Of a DNA stretch of 64,000 bases, positions 36,520 to 49,649 are shown piece after piece; positions within the stretch are counted from its first letter, which is position 1; the number at the start of each line of letters is the position of its first letter. The translations under genes were made by a program, and so were the position numbers. This DNA comes from Eledone cirrhosa (taxonomy: Eukaryota), in NCBI GenBank assembly GCA_964016885.1, contig OZ024741.1, positions 340,132,001 to 340,196,000 on the forward strand. The letters run 5' to 3'. The notes under the pieces are model-generated. The model was not told the DNA's origin, searched no databases, and was given only the letters and a program-made list of their open reading frames with translations.

Positions 36520-39500
36520 TGCTCTGGTGGATGTACAACGTCAATGTGAGTTCAACGACCAAGCATAGACGAGTTGAGAGTGAAACTGTGTATAAGAGAA
36601 ATAGGCTGTAGAGTGCGGGATAGAAGACTTCGTTGGTATGGACATGTGATGCGCATAGAAGATGACTGCTGAGTGAAGAAGTGCTAAGAAATCCCGGTGG
36701 AAGGAAGACACAGTAGAGGAAGACCATGATAAACATGGGTGGGGTGGTGAGAGCTGACCTCAGATCGCTGAGGCTCACAGAGGAGATGGCGAGGGACCGT
36801 GACGAATGGAGAGATGATGTGCTGAAGAAGACCCACCCCACACTTGCAAGCAGGAGAAAGCGGACGTAAAAATAATGATGAATTTACCTTCCATGTTTTA
36901 ATATATACCAATCGGGGAAAGTGCGAAGATGTATCTTGCTCAGCATGCAGAAAAGGGGTAAGTAGAAATTCCATCCCATCCACCAAATTCAAACTATTGT
37001 TACACAGGAGATGTAGTGAGATCTCAGACAGGTTAGCAAAGAACGTAGGTTTCACTTATGTTCAATGCTCAGGTGCAGTAAGAAGCAAAAGCCCACAGGA
37101 TACTAACTCTTTCAAGTAGGCGGATGGTTCTGTAGAAGTAGTAGATAGTTTCTGTTACCTGGGTGACCAAATTAGCAGTGGAGGAAGGTTTTCCGAAAGC
37201 TGAGTAGCCAGAGTGAGAACAGGCTGGAGAAAGTTTAGGGAGCTACTACCGGTGCTAACTACAGAATGTTTTTCCTGCAAAATGAAGGGCAGATTGTATG
37301 ATGCATGTATGCGAACAGCACTGTTGCATGGTAGTGAGACCTGCGTGCAGAGGACTGGCAAAGATTGGAAAAAATGAAGCTTCCAGGCTTCATGGATATG
37401 TAATAGTAAAGATATACATGAACGGCAATCATAAATGAACTGAGAGAGAAACTTGGCATATGCGGTGTGTAGGAGAGGAAATTGCGTTGGTATGTATATG
37501 TGATGTGTATGAAGGATGACAGTCGTATAAAAAAAGTGCAGAATGTTCAAAGTTGATGGAGCCTATGGAGTAGGATGAAGTGATAAAAGCTGACCTTGCT
37601 CAATTGCACCTCTCAAAGGCGACGATACAGGACCGTGATCTCTGGCATTTTGCAGTAATACAGAAGACCCGCCTTCCCATGTGCATGGGTTGAGGCATAC
37701 ATCTAGTATGCTCCACCGTCCCCTCCATCAGCCTTCCATACCCTACCCACATCCTAACACCCCCCCCCACACGTCATAACACTCCACCTACGTCCTAACA
37801 CCATACTTCTCACCTATGCCCCTAGATCTACCTCCCCAATCCCCATGCATTTTACCCCACTCAAGTCCCCAGTCTACACTGCATGTGGTTGTGTAGGTGT
37901 CATGACAAAAAGCGTCCAGCCCACATTGTAAAATGGTTGTGCTGGTGACAAGACAATAAGTGCCCAGCCCACAATCTAAAGTGGTCGTGTAGGTGTCACG
38001 ACTAAACTCTACCAGTACACATTATAAATGGAAATGTCATTAGAAAAGGCATCCAGCTGTAGAAACCAAGCCAAAATCAGTTCTGTTTGAGGAAAAGACG
38101 GTCATCCGACCTGGCTTGTTTCACAACGGGACAGCTCGTCTATATATTGAGAAAACTTTTGACATTACCTTGTGGGCTCTTAGAAAACTAGAAGTACACG
38201 AGTAACTTGTGAGAGCGGTACAAGCCGCGTATAGAGGAACAGTCAGGAAGGTCAGAATTAACAGTGACTGTAGTAATGAATGTAGCGTGCAGGCAGGTGT
38301 CCATCATAGCTCCGTTCTTAGCCCACCCCTGTTGGTTATCATCTTACAGGCTATAACAGAAGAGTTTAATATTGGCTGCCCATGGGAACCTCTCTATGCA
38401 GATGGTATAACCCTTATAGCTGAATCAATGGCAAAATTAGAAAATTAATTCCTAACCAGTAATATCGAAAGTTCACTTGTCAATGACTAGTATGTAGAAA
38501 GGAAAACTAATTCCCTCAGTGTGTAGGACAGGCGTAAGTGGAAATCCCATACTATGTCCCAAATGCAAGTTATGGGTGCACAAGAGATATAGTGGAACCA
38601 CAGGCAGGTTATAAAATAATGTAGGTTCTATATGTGGCCGATACATAGGATCAATAAGTAGCAAGAGCTCACAGGATACTAGCTGCTTCAAATGCCCAGA
38701 GGGTTCTGTCGAAGTAATCAACAGTTTCTGTTACCTGGGTGACCAAATTAGCAGTGGAGGAGGGTGTTCCAAACGTACAGTAGCCAGAGTAAGAACGGGA
38801 TGGAGAAAGTTCAGGGAGCTACTACTGTTGCTAGCTACAAAGGTTTCTTTTCTCAAAATGAAGCCAGATTGTATGATACATGCATACAAATAGCAATGTT
38901 ACATAGTAGTGAAACCTGGGTGCTGTGTGCAGAGAACCTGCGAAAATTGGAAAGAAATAATGCCTTTATGCTCCAATGGGTGTGTAATAATAATATACAT
39001 GAACGGCAGAGTGTACATGAACTGAGTGAGAAACTGGGCATAAGAAGAATCAGATGCAGTGTGCAGGAGAGGAGATTGCGTTGATATGGACATGGGATGC
39101 ATATGAAGGATGACAGCCATATAAAAAATATGTAGAGTGCTCTACGTTAATGGAAGCTATAGAGTAAGAAGACTTAGGAATACTTGGGATGAGGTGATAA
39201 AAGCTAACCTTGCACAATTGCACCTCTCAAAAACGATGACACAGGATCAAGATCTTTGGCGTTATGCAGTAATACAGAAGACCTGCCTTCCCATGTGCAT
39301 GGGTTAAAGTATACATCTAGTATAAACCACTTTACCTTTACTTCCCTTCCTCTTTCATACACCTCCCACGTTTTAACAATCCACCCTTCACCCACGTCCT
39401 TACACTCCACCCTCACCTGCTAAGTGCCCCACTCTAGACCTACTTCACCAATCCCCACCTTACATAGAGACACTTCCCCTACCACACTGTAAAGTGGTCG

Positions 39501-39600
39501 TTTTGGTGCCATGACAAAAAGCACTCAGCCCTGTACTGTAAAGTGGTCGTTACAGTGCTACAATAAAAAGCACCCAGTCCATACTTACAGGTAAACAACA
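36520..39600 (+). mobile_element. Stack of decayed RTE 3' fragments (36520-36880, 36925-37900, 38150-39500) with C-rich tails
   Basis: VDSFCYLGDQIS, WRKFRELLP, GVHHSSVLSP, LYAD, RRLR motifs. Confidence 0.75.
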
Positions 39601-40119
39601 TAGTCATTTTTCCAATCTTTGTATGCCTGTCTGTTTGTTTCAATGGCTCTGTTCACTGTGCTGTTCCATCACCAGGTCACCCTCTGCCTGGCTAGTGCTT
39701 TACTTCAGCCACAAGTCTTATCAGTAGTTTGTAGTAGGTTATCACATAGGAATTTCCAATTATTCTCTATTTCATATGTACCTATTACTATAGAGTGGCT
39801 AATGTAGTCATGTGTGAGCCACCCCCCACCCCCCACCCCGACTATCATCACCGTTATTCCCTTGCAGGTACAAATAACTAGTACTAAATGACTTAATCAC
39901 CACTGTCAAGTAATACAACACAGAGTTGCCACTCTCAGTGTGAAAGATAGATTTGGCGAACTTGCGGAGTTGTTTGAGAGGAGACGAGTGAATGTATGTA
40001 GTGTTTAAGAAATGAAATGGAGGAGTGTCTCAGCAAGTTTACTTACAGGCAAACAACATAGACACACACTTTTCTGAGAGTGATGTATATGAAAACATAT
40101 ATGATATGTTTATGTAAAT

Positions 40120-41035
40120 CAGATGTTCTCAAATTGGGCGCTACTGCCCCCGGGAGGTGTTGAAAAGGTCCAGATGGCGCTGGGAACTAAGGGGTGGTGG
40201 GTGATGGTAGAGATGATATAATAGTATATTAAATATCAAATGTTACATATTCTTCTTCTTTGCCCACTTATTCTTCAGAGAGCCGTGGGAGCAGTGTCCT
40301 TAAACACTCCCTCCAGTGGGTCCTGTCAGAAGCAACCGTCTCCAACTGATCCGGCTGGATCCCCAAGCATGACCAGCCAAGTTCGTGAATGTTATCCAAC
40401 CATCTTGCTCTGGGTCTACCCCTAGGTCTCCTACCTGCTGGTTTCGCCTGTAAAATCTGTCCAGCGATTCTTTCCTGAGACATTCTAACCACATGCCCGT
40501 TGTATCGGAGCTATGATCTCTCAATTCGGAGAAGAAGCGGCTCTACCTGGAGTGACTCTCTGATCTCCAAGCTGTGCACTTTATCGAGTAACGTTACTCC
40601 AAAAACCTTTCAGAAGAATACTATTTCGGCCGCTTGTATTTGCAATGGTATTTTTTCGGTCATTACCCAAGATTCATGACCATAGGTAAGGGTTGGCGCG
40701 AAAACCGAATTGAAGACAGCGAGTTTGGCTTTTACGCCTACCTCCCTTTTTCTGATTACTGAATGCTGAAGCTAGCACATAACTGCACCTACCAGCTTCT
40801 GCAATTCAAATGATACATATTATTTATAAATATAGTAAAATAAAAAAATATGTAATATTTATTTTTACATAGTATATATTATATTATTTATTATATATAA
40901 ATTAACGATGTTATTTATATATATTATTTACTATTTGCATGTGTGCAGGCATCTCTCGAAATTGGGTTGAGGGGGACACTGAAGGTATTACGTAGCCATG
41001 AGAGGGTGGGGGTGCAAAAGGTTTGAAAACCTCTG
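40120..41035. mobile_element. hAT-type MITE with 8-bp TSD atgtaaat
   Basis: TIRs cagatgttctcaaa / tttgaaaacctctg; TSD at 40112-40119 and 41036-41043. Confidence 0.8.
40252..40805 (-). mobile_element. RTE (Expander-like) 3' fragment nested in the hAT MITE
   Basis: TSD tcaaatg(t/a)tacatatt at 40236-40251 and 40806-40821; (AAG)n tail. Confidence 0.85.
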
Positions 41036-41503
41036 ATGTAAATAAACTTACGAGAATCTTGCTATGAATTTTTTTTAATGTAGTCATCATGTCACAGTTA
41101 TCCCAGGAGAAGCAAGAATGCCAGATAGCTATTTCATCATCAGTGATATTTATTCACTCACTACTGAAATCAAAATTAGTTCATACCCAAAACCTATAAG
41201 GATTTTGGGTATGAAAACTCTCCAACCGTAAATATATAGATTTTAACCGATATTATTGAACTTTATTTCATGTTAGTAACAATTGAAAACAATGCAACGA
41301 TTGAATATCAATATGCTTATTGGCCACATAAATTTGTCAATGGTTTGTTTGTTTGTGTATTTAATTCGATGCGAATGTAACTAGGTGTATTCCCTTCCCT
41401 TTATGTGCATGTGCATATGTGAGTATGGGCCTGATATAGATTAAATCATTATAGTTATAATGTCAATCAAAAACGATCACATATATAAGTGTGTGAGTGT
41501 GTA

Positions 41504-41570
<67 letters not shown>

Positions 41571-42094
41571 ATAAATACACACACACACACACAAATATAT
41601 ATATATATATTCATATATATACATATATAAACATATATATATATATACATTAACACACAAGCACACATCTTATATGTAGTTTTACACATTTGTGTGTGTG
41701 TGTTTGTGTAAGTGTATGAGGGCATGTATATCTATATATAGGCAGAGGAAAACAGAACTTGTCACATAAATATATCTATACATTGCCGAATATATGGTCT
41801 AAGCTTTAGCTGGACAGTATATTATGTGTAGCTGCTACATTTTAAGGTGAACCACAGGAAAGGTAAGTTGTCACATTCATCATTGTTTTTATGTTTGCTT
41901 TCCACACTATCATCCGTTAAACAGATTGTTCAAGAGCAGATATAGATCTATGACAAAGAGAGAGATGTGACAAAAGACAGTCCAATTGGAGACACCATAT
42001 TTTTTTTTTTTTTCAATTTTGTATTCTTAAATTTGTTAGATGTGGCTCCATTATAACGTTTTGTGGTATGTACTATAGTTAGAGTACATGAATA

Positions 42095-42279
42095 TAATTG
42101 TTTCTACTTTTGGCACAAGGCCAGCAATTATCTCAGTGCATTACTGGTACTTTATTTTATCGACCCTGTAAGGATGAAAGGTAAAGTTAACCTCGGCAAG
42201 ATTTGAACTCAAACCTTAAAGGCACGTAACTCTATGTGGTAAAGCATAGTACCTGACCCTCTACCGATACTGCCAATCC
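42095..42279 (-). mobile_element. tRNA-derived SINE
   Basis: A and B boxes plus conserved core. Confidence 0.85.
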
Positions 42280-42339
42280 TATAATACATTATTTTTAGGA
42301 GAATATCCATAAAGTGAGCATTGATTGGGATTCTTCCTC

Positions 42340-42985
42340 ATCGTCATCATTTAATGTCCATTTTCTATGCTTGCATACGTTTGACGGGCTGTCGCATTGT
42401 GAGAAAAGTCAGGCAAGGAGACCACATCTTGTTCATATGGAACTGTGTTTTGGTTTGGCTTCTGACTGAATGCCCTTTCTAACACCATCCACGTTACAGT
42501 TTGAATTTGGTAGGGTTTTTATCGTGGCACCAAAACGACAATTTACAGGGTGGACTGGCCGCTTTTTGTCATCTCACTAGTACAACCACCATGCAGGGTG
42601 GACTGGATGGGTTTTGTTGTGTCATTGGCACGACCACCTTACATGGTGGAATGGTGATTTTTGTCGTGTTAACAACCCAACTACTTTACCTTACATGGTG
42701 GAATGATGCTTTTTGTCATGTCACCAGCATGACATCCTTACAGTGTGGACTGAGTGCTATTTTCCTCGTGTCACCAGCATGAATTCTGAACAGGGTGAGC
42801 TGTGGGCCTTTTCTTTGTGTCACCACCACAACCACTGAACAGGGTGGGATGGATACTTTTCTTGCATCATCAGCATGACTTCTATACAAGGGGTCTCCTA
42901 CCTGTGTCACTAATACAACCATCTTTGGATTTGGAGCTTCCTCTTGTCATGTTACCCGTATGACCACTTTACAGGATGGACATAA
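42340..42985 (-). repeat. Interspersed repeat with a degenerate ~43-bp tandem array (also at 37870-38080 and 39480-39590)
   Basis: Recurrent units tgtca...accac..tacag.gtgga. Confidence 0.6.
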
Positions 42986-43590
42986 TTAACACTCTTGTTA
43001 TGTGTTGAATTAATGTTATTCGTAGAAGTGATGCTAATATTAATAAGATCATTTCTCTCATTTAAATTATCTTCATTGTCAGGTGTGCATATATGTTGAT
43101 TAATCATCTTACTATTAAATGCAAAGTAGGGGAGTGGGTTTGAAAAAAATCGAGACTGGTGGATGTAGGATCAGTTGGCTGGAATTTGAGGATGATATGG
43201 TACTAATTAACTCATCAGAATACATGAGAATACAGCGGGTATCAATGACGAGAAAACACAATCTCGATAACGAGCAACAACTCAGAAACAATTGTTGATT
43301 GTTTTCTATCAGCTACCGCTGGAACAAAAGGATCATGTTGTTCATATAACACATGGTGCTTATGATACTGTTTGCTTGCAAACAAACCGAATGTATAGCC
43401 ATATGAAATAGGAAATTAGACATAGAAATTTAACTGGTCAGTGTATAGGAGGTTAGTGAAAATTATTGGTGGAATTGGCAGGATATAGTGGTGAATGGAA
43501 TATACATATGTATACAATTAATATGCCTACACACAAAAATATCTACACATACATCTATAACCACATATACTGGTGCTATATGTAAATGAA

Positions 43591-43636
<46 letters not shown>

Positions 43637-43758
43637 TAACAGATTAAAGTTTAAGCAAAGAATTGCTGCTTTCACCCTTAACGGGTTCTTATATGTTTGA
43701 TATATATTTATCCTTATCGAGCCCTCTTTGGATTTTAGTCTTCACATTTATTATTATT

Positions 43759-44690
43759 ACTATATATATATAAAGTTGTATTTCTGTTTGTTTGTTTGTT
43801 CACGAACAGTTTTGGAGAAACTACATCGCCCAGGGTACTTGGATAAGTATATTTCATTTTAATCAAAGAGTTTTCCCCGGGGGTACAAACCCCTGCTGAA
43901 AATCTTTTCCCTTCGATTTACATGAAATTTAAACCATGGGTAAATGACAAGATATGATACCTATTCACACAATTTCAGCAAATTTCAATAATATTAAGAC
44001 ACCCTAATGGGGGTTAAACCCCATACAGTGAAAATTTTGGCCAATAAATGGAACAAGATTTCACGAACTTCTCCTGTGGTTTTGAAGATAGACCCCCATA
44101 ATCACATATATTCTGAAACTACATTGCCCAGGGTACTTGGATAAGTATATTTCATTTTAATCAAAGGTTTCCCCGGGAGCACAAAACCCCCGATGAATAC
44201 CCCGCTGAAAATATTTTCCGTTCGATTTATATGAAATCTAAACCATAGGTAAATGACAAGATATGATGCCTATTCACAAAATTTCAGCAAATTTCAATAA
44301 TATTAAGACACCCTAATGGGGGTTAAACCCCCTATTAGGGTTCCCCGGAGGCACAAACCCCCTCTGAAAATGTTTTCCCTTCAATTTATATGAAATTTAA
44401 AATATAGGTAAATGACAAGATATGATGCCTATTCACAAAAGTTTTGAATTGATATTTTGAAAAAAATTATTTGCAAGAAACAAAATAAGAGTAAGATTTA
44501 ATAATGTAATTTTCATTTCATATATTACAAAAAATAATGTTTTCCAATTTTTCATGCATTACATTTTACATTGAGTAATATTGAAATGCAGAGTTTTTCT
44601 CCATAAATTATATCACTGATTTAAAATCAATCATCATTTTCTTACAAAAAAAACGTGTGAAACGCAGCAAGGCGCGGGTAATTCGGCTAG
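43759..44690 (+). mobile_element. Non-autonomous Helitron with internal subrepeats
   Basis: 5' ctatatatatataaag plus (GTTT)n; 3' GC hairpin cgcagcaaggcgcgg plus CTAG; duplicated blocks near 43817, 44116 and 44340. Confidence 0.7.
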
Positions 44691-44859
44691 AATATATATA
44701 TATATATATTTGTTTTGCAAGGTTTTTTTAATATGAAATCATGTGAGATAACAAATATTCTTATACTTGGTTTACGCGAAAACCAACCCAAACCAAGCAG
44801 TGAGTGTGTTCTGTTATTATTTCTGGCAATATTATAACAATATGACCCTCCTCAAGTAT

Positions 44860-44936
<77 letters not shown>

Positions 44937-44939
<3 letters not shown>

Positions 44940-45317
44940 GTTATATAGTAAGGTGCATTATTGGTTGTGTAAAATGGTCCAATAACTTTATGTTAACAAT
45001 ATTAAGTTCTCCACGCTTTTGTATATCTCCAATTCCATTCAAGGGAACAGCTAGATGATGTAAAACGAATTGTCTTCAAATTCTTGATATGAGGGAGAAA
45101 AATAACGATGTTCTCTCACAGAATTCATTCCCTCATATGAATTCTGTGAGAGAACATCGTTATTTTTCTCCCTCATATCAAGAATTTGAAGACAATTCAT
45201 TTTCACCTGATGAGATCAGTGATAATCGATCATGGCTTCACAATCGATCAATCTCTTATTGAAACATGTGCCGTGATTAAATGATTGGAATTTTACCTTG
45301 CCTTCGGATTTTCATTT

Positions 45318-45320
<3 letters not shown>
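44937..45320 (+). mobile_element. pLTR-like element with fold-back (45062-45128 / 45137-45203) and HHR 45203-45276
   Basis: tcac-CTGATGA-...-GAAA-catgtg-CC-gtga (U16.1 mutated). Confidence 0.7.
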
Positions 45321-45382
<62 letters not shown>

Positions 45383-45587
45383 TATGTATACGTATATACA
45401 TATCTGTATACAGACGTACAGTAGTATGTATATATATATATACATACATGCACACATATATATATGTACGTATGGATTCACCGAACATTTATTATAATGC
45501 TCGGTGTGTTTGTAAACAAACATCCCGAATTAAGCCGTAGAGTGTCTAGCAACGATCGTTGCTCATTTGTTCAACACTGACAAAGGA

Positions 45588-45630
45588 ACGCTGTACTAGT
45601 TTCAAGCTTATTAGCTATCATCAGCAACGT
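45588..45630 (-). ncRNA. Minimal type-I hammerhead ribozyme
   Basis: acgttg-CTGATGA-tagctaataagctt-GAAA-ctag-TA-cagcgt. Confidence 0.85.
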
Positions 45631-45982
45631 ATACCTTCCTGCCAGATGATTGAACGTCTGAAAGTATATACTTTCCTTATGCATATTAACGGCTGAGCAG
45701 CCTAGTTTGCATATCAAGTGAGTTAATCGGCCGGGGTACCGAAAACGATAAACGGAAAAAATTAAACTAAATTTCATTTCTCACTCTTAGTACGGCTGTT
45801 ACTTAAATATAAGTATGTATACGTACATACATATATGTAGACAGACGTACAGTAGTATGTATATATATATACATACATGCACACATATATATATGTACGT
45901 ATGGATTCACTGAACATTTATTATAATGCTCGGTGTGTTTGTAAACAAACATCCTGAATTAAATCATCTGGCAGGAAGGTAT

Positions 45983-46025
45983 ACGTTGCAGACGATAGCT
46001 AATAAGCTTGAAACTAGTACAGTGT
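45983..46025 (+). ncRNA. Minimal hammerhead with core CAGACGA
   Basis: acgttg-CAGACGA-tagctaataagctt-GAAA-ctag-TA-cagtgt. Confidence 0.65.
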
Positions 46026-46290
46026 TCCTTTGTCAGTGTTGAACAAATGAGCAACGATCGTTGCTAGACACTGTCCGGCTTAATTCGGGATGTTTGTTTA
46101 CAAACACACCGAGCATTATAATAAATGTTCGGTGAATCCATACGTACATATATATATGTGTGCATGTATGTATATATATATATACATACTACTGTACGTC
46201 TGTATACATATATGTATGTACGTATACATACTTATATTTAAGTAACAGCCGTACTAAGAGTGAGAAATGAAATTTCGTTTCATTTTTTCC

Positions 46291-46332
<42 letters not shown>

Positions 46333-46484
46333 ATACTTTGGGAGGGACATGTTGCCAATAAGAAACACACGCACCAGTTGCTTTCACTTCAATTTATTAT
46401 ATATTTATAAATTTATAAATCTACAAACCTATAAATTTCTGGTTGGTTGGTTGGTTCCACAACCAGATAGTTGTTTATATATAT

Positions 46485-46529
46485 AGTCATAGTCCTTTCG
46501 TCACACACTCTGTGACCTCTTCAGTGACT
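46485..46529 (-). ncRNA. Minimal hammerhead in a Penelope pLTR
   Basis: agtca-CTGAAGA-ggtcacagagtgtgtgac-GAAA-ggac-TA-tgact. Confidence 0.8.
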
Positions 46530-46808
46530 GGGGATTCCTTTCTTCGTTTCTGTGCCTTTTCTTTCTTCTATCCTACGCCATTTTGTTTCTGTGTGTGTGT
46601 TGTGTGCTCAGTTTGCGCATGTGCCACATCCGGGTGTCTGTGTGTGTTTGTGTTCATTTTTCTATTTGTTTATTTATTTATTGTTGGTTGGTTGTTTGTT
46701 CTATGTGTGTGTGTGTTTACATTTTGTCCTGTGTGTGTTTTCATTTTGTGTGTGTTTTCAATTGTAAGTTGTTTGTTCTATGTGTGTGTGTGTGTTTTCA
46801 TTTTGTCC

Positions 46809-47730
46809 TTAATTGTAAGTTGTGATGTTGCTGTTCCACTCATATTTTCTATTTAATTTTGGTTTTAATTCTTTTATGCTTACTGCCTCTGTAATTTGCC
46901 TAAACATTGCGTCTTTTCTGTGCGTGGATTCTATTTTTATTTCTATGCTCTCTAATCTACCCCTGTGTTCTATCTTAGCATGTTGGTAGAGCACAGATGA
47001 TTCTTTATTATCTTGGAGGTCTCGCCAGTGTTCATTTATTCGTTCCCCTATACTACGAGCTGTCTCACCTATGTACACTATATTTTTGTTTCTACATTGT
47101 CCTTCAGTACATCTTATGCTATACACTACATTTCTAGTTTTACAGTTAATATGGGGGCTTATTTTACAGGTTATACATTTCTTATCTATACATGAGGGTC
47201 TTTGGAACGGGTATGTCTTGCTAATAAGTGTTTTTACGGAGGTACCAGGTCTTTCTACTATCTTAATATTGAGGTTATGTTTCTTTAGGGCCCTTCTAAA
47301 TTTGTAGGCTAGTTCGCCTCTAGGGGTTGTATTGATGAACATTACACTCTGGTATTTATTGCTATCATACCATGAGTTTATTTTATTGGCCTTGTTCCTA
47401 GTTCTTTCTATTCTATTCCAAAATTTGCTCCTATACAAGGGGCAGGTCCCATTTATGTCATTATTTACCATTTTTTCCCATTTGGTTCTGGCTCCTTTAT
47501 ACACTCTGATTCTATCTCTCTGATTGTAGCCAGAGAACTGCATACGGTAGATGAAGTGTTGTATGTGTCTCTCTAGTTCTTCGGGGTTGCACATGCGGGA
47601 CACATTTCTCATCACTCGTACCAAATCCGCAATCAGTATGTTGATTTTGGTATGGTCCGAAATGGCCGAGTTTCGGTGGATCAGATGTTTGGAAGTCATG
47701 GGTTTGGCATAATGGGAATGGAGGATTTGT
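46809..47730 (-). CDS. Penelope-like polyprotein C-terminus (GIY-YIG endonuclease), open but 5'-truncated
   Basis: Part of ORF 46809..47951; the first ~73 aa are antisense read-through of the neighbouring element. Confidence 0.8.
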
Positions 47731-49420
47731 TTTTGGTTGGCGGACCGAGTCACGGAGCACCTCCGGGACATTCGTCTCGGGGGCAGTTCCCCCATCGCCC
47801 GCCACTTTGGTGGCCCTGGACACTCCGCACACCATCTCACAGTCTGTGGCCTACTCCAGTGCCACGGAACACCCGCCCATCGCCTCACGGTCGAACAACG
47901 TACTATCTTCATCTTACAGACCCCCCCCCCCCCCCGGCCTGAACTCCCCACCCTTATTCCTTTAGCGTTCGACCGCCCCCCTCCCCCACTTATCCCCCAC
48001 TAACACCACTAACACACCCCTCCTTTTCACCGCCCACCCCACACTAACAATACTAACACCCCCACTCCACCCCTCATCTAACCACCCTTCCCCAACTAAC
48101 ATACTAACATCCCTTCCCTCCCCTCTTCTCCTCCTCCCCCCTCCTTATCACACGCACACACTTACACCACCCACCCCACACGCAACTAACATCACTAACA
48201 CCCTCCAACCCCACGCACACGTACCCACACACCCTCGTACACCACCAACTCTACACACCCTACCCCCACTAACCCCCACTCACACCTGCATTCCACCCCT
48301 CCCCACCTCCCGTCTACTAACACCCACTAACACCTCCTCACCAAACTACACACACACCAGTACACCACACTCCCTCTATAGAACCACACACACCCTTCTC
48401 TCCCCACTCCACACTCACTCATCCCACTAACACCCCTACTAATACACACACACACACACACCCTCCTCACTCCAACTCTCACACCTACCCATCCTCGCCT
48501 CCCTACCATTCCGCTGACTGCTGCTATGCCCTTCCGACCACTGTCTCAGCACCCACTGACCACAGCACTCCCACTGCTGACCACTTCCTGTTGCGCGCGC
48601 ATCCCACATCTCTCCTCTTCCGACCACCGCTTCTTGGATTACCCACACGCGTTTTGACTTCCAACCAAAATCTCCATACATCCGTGTAACTTACCACTTT
48701 TCAACCATCCTCTAACACCATCACCTATATAACTCACCCACACACACATCCCAAAACAAATTTTTTTATCCACACGCCACCCACACCCACAACACGCTTA
48801 AACCACACACACGTGCTTCCCACCACATATTTACACCCTCAGCCCCCTGATTCCTCTCCCCCCACCCCCTATCCACACACGCACAGACCCTCCGACACAC
48901 AAAAACACCCCCCACACACACCTTCCTGAACATGCAACCCCGTTCTTCCCCCAACCCTCACTTTCACATACACACACACACACACACACACGCACACCTA
49001 ACCACACACACCACCTTCAGCCCTCCTCGCTCGGACACCCCGTCTCCCTCTCCCCACTCCACCCGCCTCCACCTCTACTCACCCCACACCCTTCCACCAC
49101 CTGTTTACCCCCCCTTTTAATTTCAGTTTATTTTGATCATGCCTTTATTTTTAAATGTTCTCATTCCTTGTATTTTGATCATGCTTTATTTTTATTTATT
49201 ATTTATTATATTTTTGTCTTTATTTGTTAATTTTTCATTCGCACCGTTTCCTTTCGCTATATGTCTCTCCACCACTCCCCTACACACCTTTTGAACTCTT
49301 ACCTGAAGAAGGGCTTATGCCCGAAACGTCGTCCTCCACCTACCCCCCACTCTCCTGAGCGTGAATCTAATAAACATTTGTCGTACTGCCTCTCTGTTCT
49401 GTCCCTGTTCAATTTTTTAT
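47731..49420 (+). mobile_element. Second Penelope-like 3' fragment: GIY-YIG end, ~1.2-kb C/A-rich UTR, pLTR with HHR core at 49303-49333
   Basis: LADRVTEHLRDIR..PIARHF..GHS..RLTVEQRTIFILQT; CTGAAGA-agggcttatgccc-GAAA-cgtcg-TC (stem I not evident). Confidence 0.78.
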
Positions 49421-49560
49421 TATATATATATATATATATATATATATCTGTTATTTTAATAAATATTTGCTCTACGGTTCTTATATATTTGATATATATT
49501 TATCCTTATCGAGCCCTCTTTGGATTTTAGTCTTCAAATTTATTATTATTACTATATGTG

Positions 49561-49604
<44 letters not shown>

Positions 49605-49605
49605 C

Positions 49606-49648
<43 letters not shown>

Positions 49649-49649
49649 G

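Larger units (their letters stand above)
45378..46293. mobile_element. Non-coding HHR monomer array (431-bp period) plus inverted copy 45961-46293
   Basis: agtatgtatacgta at 45381 and 45812; flanked by (TA)n. Confidence 0.85.
46327..47730 (-). mobile_element. 5'-truncated Penelope-like element (RT thumb plus GIY-YIG plus pLTR)
   Basis: HYAKPM..HRNSA, FSGY, CxxC linker, NVVYSIRC..YIGETARSIGERINEH..EAV..PKLNRK; pLTR 46327-46590 ends in (TA)n. Confidence 0.92.

Noticed and set aside
41740-41870. Possible host exon ending AAG|GTAAGT
   Set aside because: Only a splice-donor-like motif; no convincing reading frame or partner exon.
42495-42985. Repeat array as CRISPR-like
   Set aside because: Degenerate tandem units without unique spacers, eukaryotic context, no cas genes.
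47731-47951. N-terminal part of the 380-aa ORF 46809..47951
   Set aside because: Antisense read-through of the neighbouring plus-strand Penelope fragment.
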